From positions 1-64,000 of the IMG/VR virus record IMGVR_UViG_3300022555_000043: a stretch of DNA of 64,000 nt, one strand, 5' to 3'. Below are positions 44,558-53,974 of the stretch, one piece after another. Under the pieces are notes generated by a model. The model made no database searches. It saw only the letters and a list, made by a program, of their open reading frames with translations, and was not told the origin of the DNA. Each line of letters opens with the position of its first letter. The first letter of the stretch is position 1. Source of the stretch: a virus. Lineage: Duplodnaviria > Caudoviricetes. Both the position numbers and the translations under genes were made by a program.

Positions 44558-45198
44558 ACATAGAACTCTACTCATCCATCCTCAACCAAGCCATAGGAAA
44601 GAAACATGCCTTGGAGGATGCCAAGACTAAGTTCACTACCTTGGTCGAACAACATCAACGCCGCAGTCTTGCCATAGAGAAAGCTCAGGTGATCATCCAG
44701 AACGTAGCGAAGGACACACAGCAGGCTTTGGTGTTCCAGATCAACGATGTAGTCAACACAGCCCTACAGACCTGCTTTCCTGATGAATACGAGTTCCATG
44801 TCGAGTTTGAAATCAAACGCAACAAGGTGGAATCTCGATTAGTATTCACCAAGAACGGTTTTGAAATCAACCCTATGGATGCTTCTGGTGGCGGGGTAGT
44901 CGATGTAGCAGCTTTTGCTCTCAGGATAGCTGCATGGTCATTAGGAAGCACCGAAAACACCCTCATCATCGACGAAGGATTCCGTTTCCTTTCCAGAGAC
45001 TTACAACCCAGAGCAGCCGATATTCTTTCGGAAATCAGTAAGGAATTGAATCTGCAGATCGTTCAAGTCAGCCACTCACCTGACATAATAGAAAAGAGTG
45101 ACCGCATATTCACGGTCACCCTTGTCAAAGATATTTCCAAAGTGGAACTAAAAGCGGATCAAGCAAACTGGCTTAGGAATTCAATTCAGCCCACTTAG
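44554..45198 (+). CDS. SbcC/Rad50-like ATPase, C-terminal half (signature, Walker B, H-loop)
   Basis: SGGG, LIIDEGF, QVSH. Confidence 0.9.
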   Translation: MNIELYSSILNQAIGKKHALEDAKTKFTTLVEQHQRRSLAIEKAQVIIQNVAKDTQQALVFQINDVVNTALQTCFPDEYEFHVEFEIKRNKVESRLVFTKNGFEINPMDASGGGVVDVAAFALRIAAWSLGSTENTLIIDEGFRFLSRDLQPRAADILSEISKELNLQIVQVSHSPDIIEKSDRIFTVTLVKDISKVELKADQANWLRNSIQPT

Positions 45199-45430
45199 CT
45201 TGAATATAGGCTTTTTCAGCGGGGAAGTCATCAAATGACACGGGAGTAATTTTACCCCCATCTCCTATCCATTGACAGGGAAGTGCCAAACTAAAGTCAA
45301 AACTTGGATCAATAAGGCACCTCCATACACTCGTTTTAAGGATTTCACCATTTAAGACAAGTAACTTTTTAACAATCAAACTACCATTTATCGGAACCTC
45401 AAACGGGTTAATCTGTATGACAGTATCCAT
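45173..45430 (-). CDS. Hypothetical protein (85 aa), last gene of late operon; possible fibre-associated protein
   Basis: AAGGAG RBS before ATG 45430; follows fibre-like gene. Confidence 0.65.
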   Translation of the reverse strand: MDTVIQINPFEVPINGSLIVKKLLVLNGEILKTSVWRCLIDPSFDFSLALPCQWIGDGGKITPVSFDDFPAEKAYIQAKWAELNS

Positions 45431-45440
45431 AATGTGCTCC

Positions 45441-46505
45441 TTATACGTCAAATTCTAGCGAAAACTCTATCCGTGATGTATCAATAAACTTAGCCTCTGT
45501 CATATTTATATGCCCTGTCGTACCTTGCACAAAAAAGTCTACTATAGAACTTACAGCTATACGTGCAAGTATAGCGCCACCTGTAACTAAACCAGTCATT
45601 TGTTTGCCAGAGAAAATATCGAAGTATGTAAGTCCTTCACTACGCGAAGTAGCTGAAAATGAATTCCCAGTAATACTCACAGACCCAGTTCCAGCACCCT
45701 TTGTCAGCGTTTCTATATAACCACTTATGTATACATGACGCCCATTTTTAGTGTAAGTTCCTATTTGGCTAGTATAGGCCGCTACTTCAGTGGCCCCAAA
45801 CCACAATCTAGGTGTCCACGCCCCTTCTTCATAATCATCCATTGCATTGGGATCAGAAGAAGCTACTTGAGTGGCGGAGAAAGCAATAGCATCCACATTC
45901 AAAGCAATTGCCCCACCCACACTCGCATATTTAGGTAGATATCCTGCCACTTTGTTACCAGTCGTTGCTGCACGCACAAGTGTCAATAACCTATCTCCGG
46001 TAGTTACCCCCGAAGCGGCTACTATATTATTTACATCTACAGAACCTGAAGCCGAAACACGTTTATATACACTACCATCAGCAATAGCATCAATACCAGA
46101 TGCAACTATTGCAGTAACCTTTTCTGCCTCTGCAATTAAAGTTCGTTTGTATACTCCACCATTAGCAATAGCATCAATACCAGATGCAACTATTGCAGTA
46201 ACCTTTTCTGCCTCTGCAATTAAAGTTCGTTTGTATACACTACCATTAGCAATAGCATCAATACCAGATGCAACTATTGCAGTAACCTTTTCTGCCTCTG
46301 CAATTAAAGTTCGTTTGTATACACTACCATTAGCAATAGCATCAATACCAGATGCAACCACCTGTTCAAGCTTCAACAGTTCATTATCAGTCGTCCCCAG
46401 TAAAGTCTGGATTTTATGGTTCGTATCTGCGCCAACAGCAGCACCAATATCATTAGCAGCACTTGCACCAGCCACACTAAGGTTGTTTACAATTATATTA
46501 CTCAT
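45441..46505 (-). CDS. Tail-fibre/decoration-like protein with 28-aa repeats
   Basis: VASGIDAIANGSVYKRTLIAEAEKVTAI repeats; C-terminal DDYEEGAWTP..YTKNGR.V domain typical of phage fibre tips. Confidence 0.75.
   Translation of the reverse strand: MSNIIVNNLSVAGASAANDIGAAVGADTNHKIQTLLGTTDNELLKLEQVVASGIDAIANGSVYKRTLIAEAEKVTAIVASGIDAIANGSVYKRTLIAEAEKVTAIVASGIDAIANGGVYKRTLIAEAEKVTAIVASGIDAIADGSVYKRVSASGSVDVNNIVAASGVTTGDRLLTLVRAATTGNKVAGYLPKYASVGGAIALNVDAIAFSATQVASSDPNAMDDYEEGAWTPRLWFGATEVAAYTSQIGTYTKNGRHVYISGYIETLTKGAGTGSVSITGNSFSATSRSEGLTYFDIFSGKQMTGLVTGGAILARIAVSSIVDFFVQGTTGHINMTEAKFIDTSRIEFSLEFDV
46061..46358. repeat. About 3.5 copies of an 84-bp coding tandem repeat
   Basis: GCAATAGCATCAATACCAGATGCAAC recurs at 46081, 46165, 46249, 46333. 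Confidence 0.95.
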
Positions 46506-46515
46506 ATTGCACCTC

Positions 46516-47037
46516 TCAGAAGAAGAATAAGTTCTTCCCAGTTATAGCATGATAAGCACGTTCCGCCACTAAAGTCAATACAACGCCCCGCCACACCCAA
46601 AGCTCAAGGTTTTTTTGCCCCAAGATCAATGCCGTATCTTTTTGCAAATTCTTCAAGTCGTTTGGTAAGGTTTGCATAGTCAACTGCATCGAGTCCAAGA
46701 TTATTTTGGATTGTTCCGATATCGCCCGTACCTGCTGAAAGTCGCTTGTCAATCCCGGCAACGAGTCCCCTAAGTTTTGCAAAATCGGCATTATATTGCT
46801 CAAGTCGCTTGTCAATCCTGTCCATGTAAACAGTAGACTTGCCATAGTTGTCATTGAGTTGCCGTTGCGCTTCTGTAATTGCGCTAATGTCTGTGCGAAT
46901 AACTGCAAAGTCTCGCTCAAGTAAGCGTCGTTCGACTGAACCATTAACGGAGAAGCCGATGCTGATTGCTGCGAGTACGCAGGCAGTGAGAGGCAACCAA
47001 CGAGCGCGAACAAAATCAAATATCTTTTTCCACACAA
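46516..47037 (-). CDS. Putative lipoprotein spanin overprinted on the i-spanin gene
   Basis: TTG start; MCGKRYLILFALVG-C lipobox, coiled coil, C-terminal hydrophobic segment. Confidence 0.6.
   Translation of the reverse strand: MCGKRYLILFALVGCLSLPAYSQQSASASPLMVQSNDAYLSETLQLFAQTLAQLQKRNGNSMTTMASLLFTWTGLTSDLSNIMPILQNLGDSLPGLTSDFQQVRAISEQSKIILDSMQLTMQTLPNDLKNLQKDTALILGQKNLELWVWRGVVLTLVAERAYHAITGKNLFFF
46604..47035 (-). CDS. Putative i-spanin (Rz-like)
   Basis: GTG start after AAGGAG; N-terminal TM then long coiled coil; follows holin. Confidence 0.65.
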   Translation of the reverse strand: MWKKIFDFVRARWLPLTACVLAAISIGFSVNGSVERRLLERDFAVIRTDISAITEAQRQLNDNYGKSTVYMDRIDKRLEQYNADFAKLRGLVAGIDKRLSAGTGDIGTIQNNLGLDAVDYANLTKRLEEFAKRYGIDLGAKKP

Positions 47038-47297
47038 TCTTTCTTCTCCTTATCTTCAACCAAACCATGATTGAAGAATTTACCCTTGACACCGTTATCC
47101 GCCACAGACAAACCTATGAAACCCACGGAGATTACCTGTATGGCAGTTATAATCTGAGGGGCTATCGCAGCTATCAATACATGCAACGTGGTATCGTCAA
47201 ACAATAGTGTAACTATATATATAAGCAACAAAGTAATGAGGGAAAGCAAGAAAGCGTTCCCCTTAGTCACCATGAACGGCTTACCACCGACCTTCAT
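47016..47297 (-). CDS. Putative holin (2 TM, charged C-tail, 93 aa)
   Basis: AAGGGGG RBS; two hydrophobic helices; tail EDKEKKDCVEKDI. Confidence 0.7.
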   Translation of the reverse strand: MKVGGKPFMVTKGNAFLLSLITLLLIYIVTLLFDDTTLHVLIAAIAPQIITAIQVISVGFIGLSVADNGVKGKFFNHGLVEDKEKKDCVEKDI

Positions 47298-47334
47298 ACA
47301 AACCCCCTTAAATATACGATGCGTAACATGCAAC

Positions 47335-48267
47335 CTACAAATAAACGAAAGCATACCCATAGACACTATGCCTACCATAACCATGTTTGGCAACACGACA
47401 AATATATGTGGCAGGAATATGAAGCCTCCTACTAGCTTCCTGCAGGCCACATATGTCTTGTGATATTCCTGTTCGCAAATCTGTACAATGTATCCATTTA
47501 CTACGAGGGTTGTTTTCCCCTAACTTACCTTTCATGGGATTATTATCCCCTCGCTTAGAAGCACTCTTTTTTATCTGCCTTATAATACGTGGTTTCTTAG
47601 TCCCCGTACTACGGACAAACTGATCCTTCGATATATCAGGATAAGCCTTAGCCTTGGCGACATCTATAAGTCTTTGCATAGGCCACAGCACACCCTTTTT
47701 AGCTTCTGACAATTTTCTGCGGTGCTCGGGCGTATGTTTTATACCTGTACGTGATTTACTCAGAGCTGAATTACGCCGCAGTTTGGTTTCGTCCGTAGCA
47801 GTAGCCCACCATGATCTCATTGCGGCATTCAGGGTATTGACCACCAATTGCTTCTGTTCGGGGCTATACCTTTCCCATTGCTGTGAAGATTTGAAAGATA
47901 ACTTTTTGTTTATTGCTTGCCTTTCTTCTGGGGTTTTACCAGCGAAATTATTACCATTGGAACCCCCAGAAGCACAATTGTAACCATGCTTGTGGCATAA
48001 AGCACCGTACTTTTCTATGTAGAAAACTTCTTTCTGGTTTAACTCTTCCCGCGAAAAGGCATAGTCACAAACTTCCCAACTAAAAGCATCCTCTCCGTAT
48101 TTCCGAATAGCTCTATAGAGATGCAGATCATAACGTAAAGCCTTTGCATCTTTCAAATGCTGTCTTTTGCGTACATCAAGCCCCTGAATAGTTTGCCCCA
48201 CATAGCGTTTACCATTAACCAAATTTGTAATGGCGTATATAATTCCATAAGGGGCACCAGTATTCAT
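47335..48267 (-). mobile_element. Free-standing GIY-YIG homing endonuclease with NUMOD3-like repeats
   Basis: GIIYAITNLVNGKRYVGQT, R..QH, GYN; HTPEHRRKLSEAKKG, GDNNPM. Confidence 0.9.
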
Positions 48268-48269
48268 TT

Positions 48270-49277
48270 TTATTCCCCATTCCTCAATTTAGCATATTCT
48301 AGGGCATCATCTAAACAGGGGAACGGAATCATCCTATGTTGTGTAGCATCAATTACAATTGCACCATCCTTATCTGCAGTGAAATAACTAAAACCTCGTT
48401 TTGCATAACCATCATTTTGTTTCAATGTACCCAGCACCATAAAGATTTGATACATGCCCCGTTCAAATGCAACCTCCATAGCAGGTATATGATAGTGCCC
48501 TTCAATGTAAATGTCTGCGTCGGATATTTCCTTTCTGGCTAATTGCTTTAATCCATGCGTCAAGTTCATTGTTGAATGCTGCGGTGTTTTGTGTGTGGCG
48601 ACCATCTTGTATACTTGATCATTGAGTTTCAAAGTACACACGCCAATACCATTGAAATAAATCATACGCCTGTTCAGGAGCGTCTTCCCGGCATTCTTGC
48701 CAGAAACTCTCTCCTCAAAAGCCCCATGGTTCCCCCACGAAGCAAATAGCATTTTATCCATGACTTCTGCCAACCACGATTCCAAGAAAATATCCTGCTC
48801 TTCAGGACTCATTATTTGCTGCAGTACAGCCAATTGATTCTTGAAGGATACAAAGTTGTCGGTTTCATCCCCTATCAAACTGCCATACAAATAAGGAATT
48901 TCTAAAAATAAATCTGTAAACTTCATAAAGGATTCATAATTTGTCCCTATCGACCCCAAGTGAAAATCAGACATAGGCTTGTACACTATACAAGGATATG
49001 TAGTTGACAATTCAATTGTAGCTTTATCTTGCGACCACGAAGCTTTTTCATGTAGTGCTTGGTGGTTCTGCAACATAGCACTCCATTTCCGCCAATCCAC
49101 AAAACCTGTTTTCTTTGTACTCGCCACAACAGCAATTTTACTGCATTGTTTGAAAACCCGGAAATAACGATGCAATGTTTCATATGTAAGCATATACTCT
49201 TTTAGAGTTTCTTCCTCGCTGTGTATTTTTGAAAATGCAACTATCTCTGCAATGCGTTCTTTACCTGTGGGCATCAT
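48270..49277 (-). CDS. Calcineurin-like metallophosphoesterase
   Basis: SDFH.G, GDETD, GNH, GHYH motifs. Confidence 0.85.
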   Translation of the reverse strand: MMPTGKERIAEIVAFSKIHSEEETLKEYMLTYETLHRYFRVFKQCSKIAVVASTKKTGFVDWRKWSAMLQNHQALHEKASWSQDKATIELSTTYPCIVYKPMSDFHLGSIGTNYESFMKFTDLFLEIPYLYGSLIGDETDNFVSFKNQLAVLQQIMSPEEQDIFLESWLAEVMDKMLFASWGNHGAFEERVSGKNAGKTLLNRRMIYFNGIGVCTLKLNDQVYKMVATHKTPQHSTMNLTHGLKQLARKEISDADIYIEGHYHIPAMEVAFERGMYQIFMVLGTLKQNDGYAKRGFSYFTADKDGAIVIDATQHRMIPFPCLDDALEYAKLRNGE

Positions 49278-49283
49278 AACTCC

Positions 49284-49766
49284 TTATGCAACTTCCAGTG
49301 TCACCGCTTCTGTACATAGTTTCGTCTCAATTATATATGCTAAGGCAATCACTTGTCTTGAAGTGTTATTCCCCACTCTCCCACAACCCAAGGTAGTACG
49401 AGAAAATTCACTCCAATGCAAATCATAACCAGAATCGTCCACCAATACAGTCAATCCATGATCATAGCCCCCTTTATCATCCAACGCCCATAACTGAACA
49501 AGCTGGTGGGCATCTGTCTTGATCTTAACTGGGGCAAATTCTGGATCGTTCGTGTATTCTATCTGAGTGATATTCCACTTTCCTTTGGGGAAAGGTCTAG
49601 GCATGTATGGGCCAGCATAAATCCCGCGAACTATCGCTTTCACCACTTCTTTTGGATCGTGTAATTTCCGCTGACCATTCAATTCGTTGCGTATTTTATT
49701 GGTAACCAGAAAGGGAATATCATTGACAATGAGTATATCCTTATCTTGCTGCCAAAGTAAATTCAT
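49284..49766 (-). CDS. DUF5675/YkuD-like protein, candidate peptidoglycan peptidase (endolysin)
   Basis: P.G.W.I and LH-x9-GC catalytic spacing (LHWSEFSRTTLGCGRVG); position in lysis cassette. Confidence 0.5.
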   Translation of the reverse strand: MNLLWQQDKDILIVNDIPFLVTNKIRNELNGQRKLHDPKEVVKAIVRGIYAGPYMPRPFPKGKWNITQIEYTNDPEFAPVKIKTDAHQLVQLWALDDKGGYDHGLTVLVDDSGYDLHWSEFSRTTLGCGRVGNNTSRQVIALAYIIETKLCTEAVTLEVA

Positions 49767-50203
49767 ACAATCTTCCCAACGAACACACCCGCCAATGTAA
49801 TCAATGCAACAAAAATGGTCACCAAATTCGTGCGACGAGCCTTCTTCATGTCATTTGCCATAGCCAACATTGTTAGTTGGAATTGTTTCTCCAATGCCAT
49901 GTTAGCCTCCTTCTCTTTCTCTTTTTTATCTAATTCAGCCCGTAACGTCGCAACCAATTCGGCACCATAACAAGTGTCTCTACGTCCTTTATACATGTAT
50001 TCCTGAAAATTCCTAGTGAAATCAGCAACGGATTCAGAAAGATTTTTCATATCCCCCCGCACCCCATTCCGACCCCTATCCCCAATCAAAATAAACTCAA
50101 TACGCTTTATTTCTTGATTCATTGTAGTGAATTGATCATTATTACTTTTGCGATCCTGTTGAACTTGAGATTCCAGTGCTTGCACAGCTTCTTCGCAATC
50201 CAT
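49763..50203 (-). CDS. Coiled-coil protein with C-terminal TM anchor
   Basis: Heptad-rich body; RRTNLVTIFVALITLAGVFVGKIV tail; GAGGTG RBS. Confidence 0.7.
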   Translation of the reverse strand: MDCEEAVQALESQVQQDRKSNNDQFTTMNQEIKRIEFILIGDRGRNGVRGDMKNLSESVADFTRNFQEYMYKGRRDTCYGAELVATLRAELDKKEKEKEANMALEKQFQLTMLAMANDMKKARRTNLVTIFVALITLAGVFVGKIV

Positions 50204-50272
50204 GTGGCACCTCTTCTATGTAAACGTTTTACCTTATTTTAGTGCTTTATTGCACAAATCGGGCCTCATAAA

Positions 50273-50309
50273 ACAGGGTATTATACCCACAAAACCCTGT
50301 AAAAGTCAA
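50273..50309 (-). promoter_or_regulatory. Promoter TTGACT-18-TATAAT for lysis cassette with 7-bp inverted repeat across the -10
   Basis: ACAGGGT (50273)-14 nt-ACCCTGT (50294). Confidence 0.75.
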
Positions 50310-50319
50310 TCCAAGACGA

Positions 50320-50466
50320 TCATGAATGATGTTTTTCCTTCTTCTCATGCTTGCCTGCTTCGCTCATAGCTATGGCAATTGCTTGCTTCCGAGGCTTCCC
50401 TTCATGAACAAGTTTGGAAATGTTTTTACTCACGGTCTTTTCACTCTTACCTTTGGATAATGACAT
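50320..50466 (-). CDS. Small basic conserved phage protein (48 aa, not in ORF track)
   Basis: [37 protein letters not shown], like the widespread MPLKKG.S..S.NI..QA.AIA family; AGGAGG RBS. Confidence 0.75.
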   Translation of the reverse strand: MSLSKGKSEKTVSKNISKLVHEGKPRKQAIAIAMSEAGKHEKKEKHHS

Positions 50467-50485
50467 AATGGCCTCCTGTCTATTA

Positions 50486-53400
50486 TCACATAGATACTGA
50501 AATGCGTCTTGATGTTCTTACCCCGCTAGTCGCTACCACAGTCAATAAAGTAATAGCATCTGTTATGCTGATCCCATAAAACGATATAGTGTTGCTTGCA
50601 GATCGCGCTATTTGAGACACGTTCACCAAATTATTCCCATTATACTGTCCCGTAGCCATCCTAACATCCCCAACATCAGGTAGATGCGTCGCAAAAAAAG
50701 CAAATATTTGGTCTTCCGTATATGTCCCATGTAGATTTGAAGGTAGTATACCATGCTTATGATATATCTCCTCACCGACAACAATACCATTTCTGAAATA
50801 TTGGTATCCATAATGGTTTGTGTACGAAGAAACCACAGAGAATTGTATTTTGTGTTCTGTAATATACGTACTTAAAGTCGCGGCAGGTATCGCATAACTC
50901 CCACTTGTGTTGTTGATAAGATCAATATTCCAATCATTCATACCAGCCGTAACACCTATAGTGTAGTGGACATATCCACTATTATCTGTCCAACGATCCA
51001 ACCACCCTGTTAGATGTGTGTGTTCCCCGGGAAACGGGTATACAAATTCTGTCATTTCTGGTTGTCTGGCAACAGCATAAATTCGCAAATCTGTCGGCCC
51101 CGGAGAGGTTATAGGATAACTTGTGAATAATCCAAGCATGGTATCTAATTTTGTTTTTATACCAGAAGCTGTTTCCGTACTCAAATCAATATCATATGTC
51201 GTCCCAGTTTGAGCTTTCCACAATGTCAAATTAGGTATTTCTATATCTGTATGGAATACTCCGAAACGAGATACAATTTCACCTGTAAGAGTCGCATCTG
51301 TAAGTTCTGCCTTAGTTGCCTTAAATAATCCATTAGCTCCCTGCCAATAACCCAATCCAGAGGTGTTATTATCTGAACCGTCTTCGTTATATCTATCACC
51401 ACCATATATTGCCGCACCCACTTTAATATATTCAGCCATTAAAGAATTTATGAACGCTAAATTGGCCCCCAAAGTTTCAATATAAGTAACCCCAGTACCC
51501 ACATAAGCTTGTATTTTTTCAGAAGGGGTGCCCGAAGTGGGGAAATTATTATTTGCAAGAGCTGTCACATCTGCCCAAGCTTGCGCAATCATATATGATT
51601 CGGGCGGGTATTGTTTTGTCCACGTACTCTCCACCATCTTATATATACCACACTGACCACTTATAGTAGCGTAAGCAACTACGGTATCCCCAACATTTCC
51701 CGCAGTAACATCCAAATCAGCATATGCTACGGGATTCCTATACACAGGGGCATACACGGGAATCTGCATAATAACATGTTCTGCCACACCCTGACGAATT
51801 TTAGTAACGGTACACCGTAAAGTGCGGGAAGTATAATTATTCTTGCTAAAAGTAAACTCTAAATACCCCACATCTGTATCAATCCTAGTAATTGTATACG
51901 TGCTACCTATCAAAGTACCAGCCACATTTGATCCTATCACATCAATCACCCAATTACTCGTATCATTCGCGCCATTCAATAATACTTGGGCGGTAATAAA
52001 AGCATCGGTCAAGATAGGATTGTTTCCATCATAATCTGATCGCACGCTGATAGCATACTTGTCCAACCCTATAGACACCACATCCGGGGTGGTGTCAGAC
52101 ATTGTTTTAGTAACCCCCGTACTTATTATAGATGCATAATTTATACTGTATCCCTTGCATCGATAAGTATAGTATCTTGTTTGTTCATCGTATATTTTCT
52201 GAACAACTATACACAAACAATCAATTATATCCCCAGCTTGTATCTGGATGAATGTTCCCAAAGCTACATCAACATCACTCTTAATTGTGTAGTAACTACC
52301 ACCAACAGAATGTTCCGCCATTAAACCCTTGGCAAATAAAGACGCTGATTCATTTGTATACAAATAGGCACTTTTATACTCGTCTATTTTCTTTGTCCCA
52401 CTAACTGTTGTAACGACGATTTTTGAATCCGAGTCTTTGTACAGCACCGTACCACGAATATTCGCATAGTATATATAATGTCCTGAAGCCGTCACATCCT
52501 GATTCTGCCACAATAATTGGGCTTTACGATTATAGTACTCTCCCGAGACAAGCGTTAAACCTGAGTAACTGGCTTCCAGCGCCCAATCAGAAGTGGCGAC
52601 AATTGCGCTATAGTTGGATTTGAAAATACCCAGTGCTGTACGTGTATCGAAATCAAGTTTGTCCACGATACCCTTATTGGTCAACGCCTTAATTCCGTTT
52701 TCCGTATATTCCTGAAACACCACAGTACGCGCTGCGGTTTCGTCGTCAATAACATTGGCTTCTATGGGATAGTAGTATCCTGACGGCACCCAATAACCAA
52801 GATATGTCCCATCAGAATTATAAGGCAAATTTTCCCGATAAAGGAGAACCCCCGACATTGTAGACAAATGATTATAAATGACTCGGACTCCCTCATAAAC
52901 AGGGAGTACCTCTTCGGTTTCAACACCGATCAAACAATTGGTGTCATCGAAAACCTGTGTGGGTGTTGCAGAAACATCCAGCCATTTGATGGGGGAAATT
53001 TTGTCCTCATTATTCATATGCAGACAATACCCATTCTCATACAGAAGAGTGTCCAACTGAGCAAGAATGGAAGAGGATGAGAAGTTATTGGAGAACCCAG
53101 AAAACGTAGTCAAGATAGAAACCGTATCATCAACATCTGCGTCAGTCTTCCCAGCCAAATATGCCAACTGGTGTACCAACGACAATGCTTTGTTCGCAGG
53201 ATTCATAATATAACAATCACGGAGTACAAATTCTGTGGGATCGGTGTCTTTATCGAAATCAACATCTAAATCTTTTATTGAATCGGTAGCTTCCACAGCT
53301 ACTTGCAAAGAGGATATTTTGCCATCAAACGAATATTTCGGACGCTCAACTATCTTTCCTTGGAACATTTGGGTGGTATCGTTCATGATTTTGACTTTTA

Positions 53401-53974
53401 AATTAGAAGTAACCACCATTCTATCGAAATTGGAAACCCACGATCCATTTCCTACATACAACTTTTTCCACGTAAGATTGACCCGGGCATCCCATATAAA
53501 ACCTAACCCAGTATATGTTTCGGGATTGTTTACTATGAAAGTAGCGATGGATTCCCCACCAGCCAATGCAGATACTCCAATAACTTCGAAAGAATTGTCG
53601 GCTTTCTCCCCAACCAACGCCACTTGTGTGGTTCCTGTTGCCACAGCTTTAAGCCGAATCATGTATTCCTGATTACCTGAAATAGTGACAAAATCCCGTT
53701 TATAAACACCACCTCGTAAGGACGTAGCTATGGATTCCGACAAAGTTTGTGTCCAACCATCTTCAGTAGCCCAATCGTCAATATAGTAATATTGGCCTGC
53801 AGGATCATCAGGGATTTCGGGCATGTCTTGCACAAAAACTGTGAAATTAGCCACATTTTGCGCATAGCGATATGTATCAGAACACATGCGTTCAGTGATC
53901 ACTATATCATCGCGTACATACGTTGTCGCGTCTTCCCATCCCAACCCATAATCGAAGTATATCTTTCGACTCAT
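50486..53974 (-). CDS. Large tail-tip / host-specificity protein (1162 aa)
   Basis: Directly follows tape measure (coupled); beta-rich, T/S/G-rich. Confidence 0.8.
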   Translation of the reverse strand: MSRKIYFDYGLGWEDATTYVRDDIVITERMCSDTYRYAQNVANFTVFVQDMPEIPDDPAGQYYYIDDWATEDGWTQTLSESIATSLRGGVYKRDFVTISGNQEYMIRLKAVATGTTQVALVGEKADNSFEVIGVSALAGGESIATFIVNNPETYTGLGFIWDARVNLTWKKLYVGNGSWVSNFDRMVVTSNLKVKIMNDTTQMFQGKIVERPKYSFDGKISSLQVAVEATDSIKDLDVDFDKDTDPTEFVLRDCYIMNPANKALSLVHQLAYLAGKTDADVDDTVSILTTFSGFSNNFSSSSILAQLDTLLYENGYCLHMNNEDKISPIKWLDVSATPTQVFDDTNCLIGVETEEVLPVYEGVRVIYNHLSTMSGVLLYRENLPYNSDGTYLGYWVPSGYYYPIEANVIDDETAARTVVFQEYTENGIKALTNKGIVDKLDFDTRTALGIFKSNYSAIVATSDWALEASYSGLTLVSGEYYNRKAQLLWQNQDVTASGHYIYYANIRGTVLYKDSDSKIVVTTVSGTKKIDEYKSAYLYTNESASLFAKGLMAEHSVGGSYYTIKSDVDVALGTFIQIQAGDIIDCLCIVVQKIYDEQTRYYTYRCKGYSINYASIISTGVTKTMSDTTPDVVSIGLDKYAISVRSDYDGNNPILTDAFITAQVLLNGANDTSNWVIDVIGSNVAGTLIGSTYTITRIDTDVGYLEFTFSKNNYTSRTLRCTVTKIRQGVAEHVIMQIPVYAPVYRNPVAYADLDVTAGNVGDTVVAYATISGQCGIYKMVESTWTKQYPPESYMIAQAWADVTALANNNFPTSGTPSEKIQAYVGTGVTYIETLGANLAFINSLMAEYIKVGAAIYGGDRYNEDGSDNNTSGLGYWQGANGLFKATKAELTDATLTGEIVSRFGVFHTDIEIPNLTLWKAQTGTTYDIDLSTETASGIKTKLDTMLGLFTSYPITSPGPTDLRIYAVARQPEMTEFVYPFPGEHTHLTGWLDRWTDNSGYVHYTIGVTAGMNDWNIDLINNTSGSYAIPAATLSTYITEHKIQFSVVSSYTNHYGYQYFRNGIVVGEEIYHKHGILPSNLHGTYTEDQIFAFFATHLPDVGDVRMATGQYNGNNLVNVSQIARSASNTISFYGISITDAITLLTVVATSGVRTSRRISVSM

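Noticed and set aside
50486-51200. Diversity-generating retroelement target in the tail-tip C-terminus
   Set aside because: No reverse transcriptase and no template/variable repeat pair seen in the window
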